Shown here one piece after another: positions 27,627-40,150 of a DNA stretch of 64,000 nt; position 1 is the stretch's first letter, and each line of letters begins with the position of its first letter. The position numbers and the translations under genes are program-made. Source of the stretch: the human T2T-CHM13v2.0 reference genome, Homo sapiens; NCBI RefSeq assembly GCF_009914755.1, contig NC_060937.1, one strand, 5' to 3'. The notes below the pieces were generated by a model that had not been told where the DNA came from, made no database searches, and saw nothing but the letters and a program-made list of their open reading frames with translations.

Positions 27627-29162
27627 GTATAGCTTCATGAGTCCCAGAGCCTCTCCTTGAGATGAGGGGAGAGCTGGGCAGAGCTGGGAGCAAGCTGATG
27701 CATTGTGTGGGAATGTCCTTGATGGTTCATCTGGGTTAAAATCAGAATTGCTTCAAACTTTGAAAATAATGATTGAATTATATACAATGAAACTACTCAT
27801 TGGTACATAATTATTAAAGTTATAGTATTTCAGCATATTGATACGTTTAACAGTAGAAATGTGAGTTCTGATTTTAACTTTTAGATGTAGCTACCTTAAG
27901 TAGAAGTGAGTAAGTTGCATAACAGTATTGTGTGTGGTTATGTTGTTGTTTTTAGATTCGAAGTCAATTAGGAACTGCATAATTCATTTATAATGCAGCA
28001 AAATACCTGTTTCAGCACTGCAGAGACATTTGATATTTAATTCAGAAAAAAATGTATTCTGTAGTGTTAGGGGTTTTGAAGAGTGAAAATATAGTCAGCA
28101 AATTAACCTTCTGTTACTGGAAAATGGTAGGACACGTTATCAGGACGAGACTTCCAAGAAAAACAATGGAAAATAAATAGTGCAAAAAAATAATATGAAG
28201 AGACTAACTAAAAATGCTCTTTCTAAACACCCCTCCTGCCTTCTCCCAGCTCAGCACTTTCTTCCCATACCTGCTGTCACCTCTTGTCCCATATCCCTCT
28301 TTCACACACTGTCTCTCCATCCCTTGTGGTATGTCCTGTCCTCTCCCCACCTCTGTACCCTCTTGTGGAGCTCATCCTTTGGCCTCTGACAAGCACAGGC
28401 TGTGGTGACCAGTGGTCCTCACAGCCCCGGGCCAGCTCTCTGGTGATTCTCCTGTGAGAACCTTCCAGGAGCCTGCGAGTTCTCCACTTCCATTACTACC
28501 CTCTCAGCAGTCCTACCCTCAGGGGCCCTTTGGCCCATCTCAGGGAGTGCATAGAATTTTTCTTGGTCCTAATTCCTGTCCTTTCTCAGGGTCCACAGGG
28601 AGATGTTTGGAGCCACCCTTTGTTGCAGCTGTGCTAGGAAAGTGCAGTTCAAACTACACCACTTTCTTTCCGCACAGACAGGGAGAGGCTCTCAGAAAAA
28701 CAGGCCAAACTGATGGCAGAGGAGCAAGATGCCACGCCTTTTTATGGAAAAAGTAGACTTTTCTGGAGGTTTTAGCACACTTATTTAAAAAAATTAAGAA
28801 TATGTATGAATATAGCATTATGAGCCAAATATTTTAATTTATGGCTTTGCATTTGTTCAGTAGGCATTTTCCTGGGGCAGTTTCATTTTTACTTAGCAGT
28901 GAAGCCTCAAACACAATGTAACATGTAGGCTTGCTCATGAAAACTTTCTACCTGCCGTTGCTAAGAAACCTCACTGGAAATTCTGTTCTAAGGAAAAAAA
29001 ATCAGATAACCCAATGAACCACTACATTGATTAGATCATGATAAAATATTTGTAGTGATTTATAGTTGTAGTGATTTATAGTATGAAAACTGATTTGACT
29101 TTCACATATATATGTGTGTGTGTGTGTATTCAGTCTTATGGAAAATAAAGCATATCTTTGAC

Positions 29163-29293
29163 TTTTTTTTTTTTTTTTTTTTTTGAGATGGAGTCTCGCT
29201 CTGTCGCCCAGGTTGGAGTGCAGTGGGGTGATCTTGGCTCACTGCAGCCTTTGCCTCCTGGGTTCAAGCGATTCTCCTGCCTCAGCCTCCTGA
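29163..29293 (-). mobile_element. Alu right arm, 5'-truncated
   Basis: PolyT; TSD atatctttgac. Confidence 0.9.
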
Positions 29294-29438
29294 TATCTTT
29301 GACTTTTTAATAGTGTGTTTAAGGATAGCAGTGCCAGCCCAAATTTGCTTTTTCATTAATATAGCAATATTTGGGGTATATAACATATAAATTTTCACAT
29401 TTGAACTTAAATATGGCACTGTAACAATATTGTCTTAA

Positions 29439-29772
<334 letters not shown>

Positions 29773-29802
29773 TGACGGAAAAATTAAGTGTTTAGAAGCT
29801 AT

Positions 29803-30460
29803 AGGAAACAACAGATGCTGGAGAGGATGTGGAGAAATAGGAACGCTTTTATACTGTTGGTGGGAGTGTAAATAAGTTCAACCATTTTGGAAGACTGTGT
29901 GGTGATTCCTCAAGGATCTAGAACTAGAAATACCATTTGACCCAGCAATCCCATTACTGGGTATATACCCAAAGGATTATAAATCATCCTACTATAAAGA
30001 CACATGCACACGTATGTTTATTGCAGCACTATTCGCAATAGCAAATACTTGGAACCAACCCAAATGCCCATCAATGTTAGACTGGATAAAGAAAATGTGG
30101 CACATATACCCCATGGAATACTATGCAGCCATAAAAAAGAATGAGGTCATGTCCTTTGTAGGGACATGGATGAAGCTGGAAACCATCATTCTCAGCAAAC
30201 TAACACAGGAACAGAAAAACACTGCATGTTCTCCACTCATAAGTGGGAGTTGAACAACATATGGGCACAGGGAGGGGAACATCACATACCGGGCCTGTTG
30301 GGGGGTGAGGGACAAGGGGGAGGGATAGCATTAGGAGAACTATGTAATGTAGATGACAGGTTGATGGGTGCGGCAAACCACCATGGCACATATACCTGTG
30401 TAACAAACCTACATGTTCTAAACATGTATCCCAGAACTTAAAGTATAATAATAAAAAAGA
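29803..30460 (+). mobile_element. 5'-truncated L1PA: ORF2 C-terminus plus 3'UTR
   Basis: MFIAALFAIANTWNQPKCPS...; 3' end agaacttaaagtataataataaaaaa. Confidence 0.95.
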
Positions 30461-31826
30461 ACGTATCTGTTTATATTCTTGTCAAGGTTAACATTTGCTT
30501 ACTTAAGTGAGTTCCCGCCTTCATGAAGGTACTGGCTCCATTTTTTAAAAAACAAATGTACCTCTTATATGTCTTAAATTTTGCAGCTTTTTCTAGACCT
30601 CTACCTATTCAAGGCCTTGGTATCTTAGGGAAACAAATTATCTTTTTCACAATAATGTTATTAATAAAATCTCTATCATGCAGGTTGCCTATCAATTAGG
30701 AAACTAGGAAAAGAAAGGAAGGACATTAATAGTCAAAGGTTAAGGTATAGTGTGAGTTGCACTGGCTCTTCAGTGATTTTCAGACATAGCGACTAGAATA
30801 GCCCCATAGGCACCCAGGCCTTTGTATTTGATGGTAAGACACTTAACAGGAGATGGCATAGCAGGGGCTTTAATGACAGACCTTTGTTTTCTTCTGAACA
30901 ATTAAATTAGCCATTGACTGTTTGGGCATAAACTCTCCTATACTCATTTAACTGATTTTGCTTCCCCTGTGTTCCTTAATGACTCATTGAAATGCTGATA
31001 TGAAGTAATATAAAATGTTCTGCCTCCTTTTGAAGGTAGTCTTCAAAAGCATTAATAGAAAACAGTGTTTACTTTGTATCATGATGGTTTTGATCATGAC
31101 TTGATTTATATGACAGTTTTGGACCTCTGCTAGCTCCATCATTGGTTTTATGATAAATGAGCTACTTATATGAAGACTTAAAATATTCTTTAGACCACAG
31201 TAATTGCCTGTGACAGTGCTTTAAAATGAAATGGCCACAGGTGAATAAAGTTTCTGTGTAGGTTACTTCCAGTTTGAAAATACATAGTTCATCACTATTT
31301 TTCCTTACATTGATGCCCCATAAACATTTTGCTTCTTTCCTAATTGAACTTATAGATGTTGGGCAAACCTTATTGAGAAAAAGAGATAAGAGTACTTACT
31401 AATTTTTATCCTAATGATATTGAAGCTCCAGTGTAGAAGTGAATGTGTTCTTAGTAAGAATCCATCCATCTCTGTGTATGGCCCCATGTTGGAATAAGCA
31501 AAAAATTTCCTGAAGTGATTGAGATATTATAAATTGCTGAATATGAGTCATGTTGTGATTTTTTTTTTCTGAGCAATTTTCTATACTCAATTCTAAATTT
31601 GCAAGAGTACTTTTAACCTACAACAGGTTATTCTACAACAGGTTGCTATTTTATGTTTTCACATTTTTTCAAATAAGGAAACTTAAAGACTTAATATGTG
31701 TAGGAGAGTTTAAGTGCCCCATGTAGATGTTATAATTTCATGAGTTCAAATCAAGTTAACATTAACCTACATATAAAAGTCTCTAACAATCTTTTCTTCC
31801 CTGACTTACAATACATTGATTTGTAG

Positions 31827-31944
31827 AGATGACAAGAAGGATGGGCTGAAGTTCTATACTGATCCTTCCTATTTCTTTGACCTCTGGAAAGAAAAAATGC
31901 TACAGGACACAGAAGACAAAAGGAAAGAGAAAAGGCGTCAAAAG
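31827..31944 (+). CDS. WASF3: WASF3 coding exon 4 ([20 protein letters not shown]...KRKEKRRQK; end of WHD and basic region)
   Basis: ttgtAG acceptor and GTAAAT donor; 118 nt, phase 2-0; contains the conserved WAVE motif [13 protein letters not shown]. Confidence 0.97.
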
Positions 31945-34250
31945 GTAAATAATTTCAGTATGGGAAATGTGCATATCAGTGTTCAAAGGAGATTCTTGTT
32001 TAGAAATAGTAAATTATTTAAATGGTTGAGATATTGGATATAGTGCTGAAGTTTTTTTAGAGGTTGCATTTCTCACAAAAGATCCTGACAATTCAGTCAA
32101 ACACAGTAATACTATCTTCAATAAATACTGATATGTTCTCCAGCACTTGCTTTGCTTTAACAAAAGTAGTTCCTAAACTTTGTTTTGTTACCATGTTTTA
32201 GTAACTCCTCTCCTGCGTTCTCAAATTTTTGTAAAGCAGTCAGTATTCCATATCAGATACAATGATCATGCAGCACAATGATGTGCTTTTGTCTTCTTAA
32301 CATTTTTAATTGTTTGGTTGCCTTCTAGCTGTAATTAAAATCTTGGGAAGATGTTCACATGGGATTGAGAAGCATATGTGATTTGCACGTTCAGCGGATA
32401 GGATTTACTGAAAATGAGCCTCCCTTTAAGGGGTAGGGGTAGGAAGAGAATTGCAAGTTTGAAGGTTGAGAAATATCTGCATGCATTACAAGCAGTCTTC
32501 AAAGGAGAAGCCCACTCTACTCAGGTTAAGGGATTTGTGTTTTGAAAATTGTTCGTTTTGGGCCCAGAAATTAGACTTAGGCCACTGAGAGGAATAATTC
32601 TCTAAGGGCAAGTATTTATTAATATTTTTATATGTCAGCTGTATTTAAAAATGACCATCCAGTTTGCTTTACAGATTAGAGCGCTTTATTTAGGAGAAAT
32701 GCTTAGCATTTTGTGAGTTGATAGCCTTAGGGTTTTGAGGCATTGAGGTGTGTTGGCCCAGTAGGAGTGACAGTTTGGTCTGGAGGAGAATTTGAAAATC
32801 GAAAACAGCATTAAAGGGAAGAGAACATGAGAACAGTTTGCAGACTGTGCTGTTGTAAGACACCATGGCTGGTTCCGGGAAAGAGGATGCAAAGGACTTG
32901 GTCACACACAGTCTTCTTGTGCTCATGGCTTTGGGAGATTTAATTGGGATATATCTTGGAAAAGTTGCTAGGTTTTGCAGAATATTCAAGTGAAGAAAAA
33001 AGAAAGATACCAATCTTTTGAGTGGAAAAGGAACAAATATTTAAAAAGCATATTTACCTTAATCCTCATGCTTTTTTATAGTTACAGGGGAAAATGCTGG
33101 GGCTTACCTGCCTTTAAAATGTGCCTGTTTTTTTAAAAGGCCTTCTAGGTTTCCTTTCTCAATGATGCTTTTGGCAAAACTGTTTAATTTTTTGCCACTC
33201 TTCTTGAAGGGGAAACAATTTTTATGTATGAATATTATGTCTTTAAAATCATTTGTTATTTCCTGTGCTGTTTTGTCTCATTCTACCTTCCTCAAACACA
33301 TAAAATTCTGATAAGAATTTCTTTCATTCACTTATATAATGACTTGATGTTGAATGCCTTCTAAATGCTGGATAAACAGTGGCAGAAAAAAACAGGATTA
33401 CCACCCTCATGGAGAGGACAATATAGTGAGGGACACAGGCCTTAAATAATCATGCAGCCCTCGGAAATGCAGAAAGAGGGAGAGAAGTTTCAAAATGTTC
33501 ATATAGGTCCGCTTCATATGGAAATAGAAAATGAGGCAAGATATTCTTTATTTCCCAGGATTTCAGAAACCCAAATCATGCTCAATTTGCAGTTGACAAA
33601 TCTGAAGGAAAAATTAGTTTAGAAAATTTGGGGATTAAAAAACCCATGTTTTTGAACTTTTGTCTCCTTTAGTTTAATGCTTTAAAAGCCTTAAAAACTT
33701 AATTACACAAATAAATATGAAGTTTTAAATATGTAGTTACACTGTTGGTAAGTTTAGTGAAGGACAAGTACAGAGCACTCTGAGTGAGATGACCTGGTGT
33801 GTGACAGTGTACACACAGTGAGGGGTCAAGGAAGACCTCTCTAAGGAGGTGTCATGCAGGCTGGGTTCCAAGGGAGGGTAGCAGAAGTTAGCTCAACAGT
33901 GGGAAGGTGCTACGGGGAGGCTGGAGAGGTGTGGGGGGCAGATGAGGTGGCGTGCTTCCGAATTGAGGAGGCTTCTAGGTAGCAGTGTCTAAGATCATCC
34001 TGGGGGAGGAACCAGTTTGGCAGCTTCTAAGGATTTTAATGTAGGCCAGTGTAGCTGGAGCCTGGATTCATCACTGTTCATATTCTTTCATGTTTGGTTC
34101 GCATGCGCTTGTGTGTCCTGTGTGCATGTTGATAGGTAGATTTGGAGGCTGAACCATGGTGAAGAAAGTTGCAAATATCATAACACTTCATCCCTGAATT
34201 TGTCAGCATGCATCTTTTAAAAAGTAAGGGGAATAGTTATTCATTATTTT

Positions 34251-34285
34251 TACACTTGATCTTAGCCAAAAGGCCGAGAAGCGAT
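34251..34285 (-). pseudogene. 3'-truncated (tailless) U2 snRNA retrocopy, U2 nt 1-35
   Basis: Reverse complement is ATCGCTTCTCGGCCTTTTGGCTAAGATCAAGTGTA, the U2 5' end; flanking TSD tattcattatttt (34238-34250 / 34286-34298); TT/AAAAA L1 endonuclease site on the minus strand. Confidence 0.93.
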
Positions 34286-35429
34286 TATTCATTATTTTTA
34301 ATACGATGGTTCTTAATCAGGATGCATATTGGAATCACATTGAAATCTTCCTCCCCCACTTTTTTCCTTTGGTTTTTCAAAGTACACACCCAATACATGC
34401 TGGTTGTAAAATACTCAAATAGCACTCCCTTCCCTGGGAGTACCTAGCCACGGTTAACAGCTTGGTGTGCATCTTTTAAGACCTTTTAGCATTCATAAAT
34501 ATTTGCATAAACATTTTACGAAGTATTTGTGTATACATAGTTGTACTACATATGACTTACATACACACACTGACATTATTAAAAATGTACTTCATTCTTT
34601 TTAATAGTTGTGTAGTATTCTGAAATATAAATGCTTCATAAATTACCCATTACTGTTGCTCTTACAATACTGCAGTGGTTATCCCTCTACTTAGGTGCAG
34701 ATAATTCTTCAGGATAAATTTCTAGAAGTTGAATTGCTCTTATTGAAGAGAATGTGAATTTTAAATTTTGAAAGATAGAATTATATTGCCCGTAATCTTT
34801 AAAAGACTGAAGAACTAGTTTATGTTCTTACCAGGCCTTCTCCAGTCCTGGATATTACTTTCTTTTGATGAAAGATTGAATGTGTTACATCGTCTCATAT
34901 GCTTATTAACCATTTCTTTATCTTCTGTGAATTTCATGTTCACATCCTCTGTGGATCCATGCCTAAAGCCTCCGGGATGCCTCTGAAAACGGTCCAGTTT
35001 TCTGTCTTCACCACACCCTTGGGCCACCTGCTGTTCTTTCACCCTATACCCACTTAGTAGCTTTCTCACTTGTGTCCCTATCTTCCCTCTTTTAATTTGT
35101 TTTCTGTAACACAGAGAGATCTTCTCCAATGCCTTCTCAGCATGTCAGCCTTCCCTTCTTGTTCTTTAATGGGTTCGCATTGCTGTTGGGATAAAGGCCT
35201 CTAAGGTCTTCCTGCCTTTCAGATCTTGGGCCATTCACCCCAATGTACCATTTACATTCTTTTATTTCTTTGAGTGCAGTGCTATCCTCCTCCCCAGAGC
35301 TCTCACACAGTCTGTCCTCTCCTCTTGGCAGGCACCTGACCCATACTCCTCTGCAGAATTGATGCCACTGTCAATACACTTTCAATACTCTCAGTCATTC
35401 CAGGATGCCTCCCTGACTTCCAGACTAGA

Positions 35430-35476
<47 letters not shown>
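35430..35476. repeat. (CA)n microsatellite
   Basis: Directly visible; a (TG)n tract also lies at 35604-35626. Confidence 0.95.
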
Positions 35477-35478
<2 letters not shown>

Positions 35479-36501
35479 ATATATTTAAACATAAAAATAT
35501 ATTTGTGAAAATAAATACATTTATTTTTATGGTACATTTATAATAGTACCTTTATTTGTGTCCTCTTGTGGACTGCAGGCTCCATGAGCGCAGATGCCAT
35601 GTCTGTGTGTGTGTGTGTGTGTGTGTTTGCCATTTGTGTTGTCAGTGCCTGGCGCAGTACCTCGGGCATAGCACTAGAAGTTCATGCTTGCTGCCTGGCT
35701 GTGGATTTGATCATTTAGCCAGCATGTATTGAGTGTGTATTCTGTGTAAAAACAGTATGTTGAGATACCATAAGACAAGAGGGAAACGTAGGAAATAAAG
35801 ACACATGATTCTCATCCTTAAAGATCATAAAATTTTGTATAGGAGGCAGGAAAAACTTAGAGGCACACATAGAAATAACTTCTCACGTTTCAAGAAGCAC
35901 CTGTTTAAGAACTAAGTATTTGTTGAATGAAACATTTTCTGGCCAAGTAGGGCTAGAGGAAGAATGGTGCTTTTTATGAGCAGGTAAGTTTTTATCTTGC
36001 TTAATTTTGTGTTAAACTATTTACAGGATTCACTTATTCCGTAATCTTTTAGAAATTGGGAACAGAATGTTTTGAATTATTTTCTTTGAAAGATAATTGT
36101 ACGTTAAGAAGTCAGTCAAAATTGTGTGGTGGCGGGAAATAATTTCTCTTTATGGTGTTTCCAGGTTGTTCACCCATGTAATATAGATCTGAAAGACCTT
36201 GTTTAGGTTTAAAACAAGTTACAAGCATATTCAAGTGAAAGTTTTTTTACTTTAATGAAAACGATGGTAAGCAACTCTTAACAGTTGTAGCAGGGTAACT
36301 TTTTGTTGATTCTGTTTTGTTGGTTCTGTTGGGTAAGAGGAGTGCACTGCTTTAGAGTTTCTGTAACATTAGGGTAATCGAAATGCGAATGTGTCTTGTC
36401 TGTTCATCAGGCATGGGCCTTGTGCATTATAACTGCATTTAACCAGCTGTTTTCCTTTCCCTTCTGTCTTGGCATGCTCTCTTTCCTTTCCTGGACATCA
36501 G

Positions 36502-36677
36502 GAGCAAAAGCGTATAGATGGCACCACCCGTGAGGTGAAAAAGGTTAGAAAAGCCAGAAACAGGCGCCAGGAGTGGAATATGATGGCATATGACAAAGAG
36601 CTTAGACCCGACAACAGGTTGTCTCAGAGTGTGTACCATGGAGCGTCTTCCGAGGGATCCCTGTCCCCAGATACTAG
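36502..36677 (+). CDS. WASF3: WASF3 mutually exclusive exon A (EQKRIDGTTREVKKVRKARNRRQEW...SPDTR), 502-aa isoform
   Basis: Long pyrimidine tract plus cAG acceptor; donor GTGTGT; 176 nt, phase 0-2. Confidence 0.95.
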
Positions 36678-38864
36678 GTGTGTGTGTGTCACTGCTCCCT
36701 CAGCCCTGATGCTTGGGCAACTGGGTACTACCTGGTTTTATTATCATTTGAAATGCATCAATAGCTTCGGGGTTTATATGGCCCTTGATGTCTTAAGATT
36801 TTCCTTAAAAATTGTTTATCTGTATTTTGATTTTGAAATAATACTTGAAGACAGTGTTATTTTACATTGGGTTCCTTTGATTTTAGAAAATCTCTCTGAC
36901 TTAAAATGTATTGTTGAGTTCATCTAGATGTAGTGTTTTAACACTGATTCTGAATTTGGGGTAACTGCTTATGACTTAAGTTTTTACTTTAATAATCATT
37001 TAATTCTTTCTCTTAGCATGGAATGTTGAATTTCCTTTGCCACTTGGTATCTAAAAATGATTGGCAGGTGGTAAAGTAACTAAGGAGTACCTTCATTGTT
37101 CCTTTAGTAACCCTTTGAAAAAATGATGAACAAAAGAGAGATTTACTTCTTATTTCAGATAACTTATATATTCTGATTTCAGGAGAAGAATTCTATTGGC
37201 GTTTACTTAAAAATTTATTAGCAGTTAAGTAAAAATATTTCTTGCAGGCGTGAATGATGTGGTCATTAAGTCACACTTGTCACCAAAGGCATTCATTGAA
37301 CAACAGGAAATGACTAGTCAATTTTAACGTTTGATTCAGTTTTCTATTTCTGCTTTTGTAAAGTTGTAGTCTTCCATTTGCATAAACTCTCATCGGCATT
37401 TAAAAATTTGAATAGAGAATTCTTACAATATGTGATCAAGAATGTTTCAAAACAACAGCAACCTGGACTTTGGGTTGTATCTGTGCCCTTTTTTTCTACC
37501 TTTGTAAAACTCAGTGTTTAGCACAAACTCTTAACGTATTACGTGCCTTCAATGTTCCCACCCCAGAAGGTCTATAAGTCATTGGGAGGATGTGAGGCAA
37601 GTTCTGGTAATTTTTCTGTACAAACTTCTATTTGTTAAATATTAGAGAATTATTGGAGCTTTAACTGAGTTTTAGCCTCATTTGAATTTTAGTGTGAGTT
37701 TATTTCTATAGAAAGTAGGAATTATAACACAGTTCTGCTCATAGTTCTTTGGGTGGGGAGGAATGTATGAACTTAATAGCTCCCATGATGTCAATCTGCT
37801 TTTTTGTTTTTTTTCTAAATAATTTAGCTATGATTGTTTACTCGTGCAAAACGTATACTTTGTTTTTATCCTATATAGACTTTTCAAAAATAGATGCAGA
37901 TGGGAAAATGATGGATTTTTAAAAATCTCTCAGTTGAATGATACTCCTTCTAGCATCTGAGATTATTCCATGTTGGATATAAAATGGATGGTTATTCAGA
38001 TATAGTCTGCCTTTGTATTTATGTTGCTTACATACATCTGCGTTTCTCTTAATTTTCAAAAAATAAGTCTGATTTATTTCTTCAGAATTCCTTTTGTTGT
38101 CTCCTACTATTTCCCATGGCTTCTTACTATTTGCATACATTATTTACTATCAGATAAATAGATTATAACTCATCATTGTATTGGATTATAACCCTTAATT
38201 TAGAAATTTTTATTTTTTTTTACTACAGTGTGTCACTTTTTTATTATAAAATAAGACATGCTTATTATATCTGGAAGTTACAGGAAAAAATTAAAATGAA
38301 ATATGATCTATAGTTTCACCATGCAGAGAAACCGTTGTATGCATTTTAGTGTATTTCTCTTTAGTCTTTTTCTATACATGTGTTTCTTTTTTCTTTTACA
38401 AAATTGGAGTCATGCCATGTTTTCTTTCTTTTGACTTTTAGAAATTATATCCCATGTTTTAGGTATTATTTCGCAACATGATTTTTAATGATTGTATCCG
38501 CTCATCTGAGTGCATCCAAGATACTGAGGGAAATTTAAATACCAGGTTTCATGGTGTGTGTATATGCTATTATATAAGTAATATACCGTAACCCATCTTA
38601 CATTTTTGCTCTCTCTCTAGATTGTTAGGAATGGCTTGTTCCTGAGAATAAATTTAAGATGAGCGCTGGGAAGTGCTTGCCTGCTGTATGACCAGCTCTC
38701 TGTCACTGCCACTCAGGGAGTCGCACACCTCCATGCCCAATTGTCCTTGTTTTTTCTCATCCAGTTCTGGGCCCTGGTGCAGATCTCTGGCTGCCCGCCT
38801 GTCTACCCAAAAAACCCTGGGGGATATATCGACCTCTCACACTGAGTCTCTGCTGCTGTGCCTA

Positions 38865-39070
38865 CTTCCTCCCGTGTGGTGTCGCCTCTGGCCCTCCCGG
38901 CCCTCCTCCTCCCATGTCAGCGTTGTCTCCAGCCCTCCCAGCCCTCTTCCTCCTCCTCCCGTGTCGGTGTCATCTCCGGCCCTCCCGGCCCTCCTCCTCC
39001 CATCGTCCCCGGCCCTCCCAGTCCTCTTCCTCCCGTGTCAGTGTCGCCTCTGGCCCTCCCAGTCCTCTCT
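38865..39070. repeat. C-rich degenerate minisatellite, ~30-45 bp unit, ~5 copies
   Basis: Recurring cctcccgtgtcRgtgtcRYctcYggccctcccRgYcct. Confidence 0.85.
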
Positions 39071-39983
39071 TCTGTAATAGGTGATCACTGACCATCATGA
39101 GGCCTCGGGATCTCCACTCACCTCCACCTTGGCCGTGCGTCTGCAGCTGGTTTCTGCCTCCCCACTGGGAGTGGGGCTCATCTCCAACAGCTGCCTGCTC
39201 CTCCCTCCTCCTCCTCCTGCCTGCTGGCACATCCCTTTTCTGTGGTCCTTCCCTCTTCAACTGACCAGTCCCCTCTTCCCCCAGCCCCCGTCCTCCTGAT
39301 GGGCACCCTTCATCAGGGTTCTGCCCTGTAGAAATCTCTGGTTTCTACTTCAGATATTTATCGAGTCTTCCTTCACTTCTGCCTCCATCTGGTTAGCCCC
39401 TTTTCCTTGCTTCCTTTCTACCCTGTGTTGCAAGGCTCCTTGATAGGGATCGCCCTCCTAGTTATGCCACAGTATTTATAGTTTCCTACCCTCATCTCAT
39501 CAGAAAGCTGTCCATGTTTGGCTGGAGAACTCTGTTTCCTTTAAAAGGTTGCACTGTAAGCCAGTGACTCGTAGTCATGCGCAGAGTCAAGCACACATCA
39601 TCAGTGTCTCCAAGGGTTATAGGAATTTACATTTTTAAAATACTCTAAATCTAAATACAGGTCAGGTCCTTCCCCCATTAAATATATTTTTAAGTCATTT
39701 GCTAGCAGCTCACCTAGTTCAAAAGACATAATCAGAAGTGCACCATAATCCAGAATTCATACTGCAATTAGGGAAGAAAATAATGAGTAGTTATTAGTTG
39801 TTACACTTCAATTAAGGAAGGAAAAAGGAAAAGAAGCTGTCTCTTCTCATTTGGAAGGCTTTTCTGTGCCACATGGTGCCCCAGTTAAGAAAAGCTACCA
39901 ACTGGAATCCCAAAGATGGAAATGCAGCGTGCATCTTCCCTGCTCCCTCAGCACCCCCAATGTGTGTTTGGTATTTCCTTCAG

Positions 39984-40150
39984 AGAGAGAAACACAAGCT
40001 GAACCCTAACAGAAACCAGCAAGTAAATGTGAGAAAAGTCAGAACAAGAAAAGAAGAGTGGGAGAGAAGGAAAATGGGCATTGAGTTTATGAGTGACGCA
40101 AAGAAACTGGAGCAGGCAGGGAGCGCCAAAGAGGACAGAGTGCCCAGCGG
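39984..40150 (+). CDS. WASF3: WASF3 mutually exclusive exon B (REKHKLNPNRNQQVNVRKVRTRKEEW...DRVPSG), 499-aa isoform
   Basis: tttccttcAG acceptor; donor GTTTGT at 40151; 167 nt, same phase 0-2 as exon A; open frame homologous to exon A. Confidence 0.9.

Noticed and set aside
30014-30253. ORF with L1 ORF2 C-terminal similarity (also 22316-22552)
   Set aside because: 5'-truncated L1 fragments, non-autonomous
38673-39299. Pro/Ser/Leu-rich ORFs resembling an extra proline-rich exon
   Set aside because: Product of a C-rich minisatellite lacking stop codons; no WAVE homology or convincing splice frame
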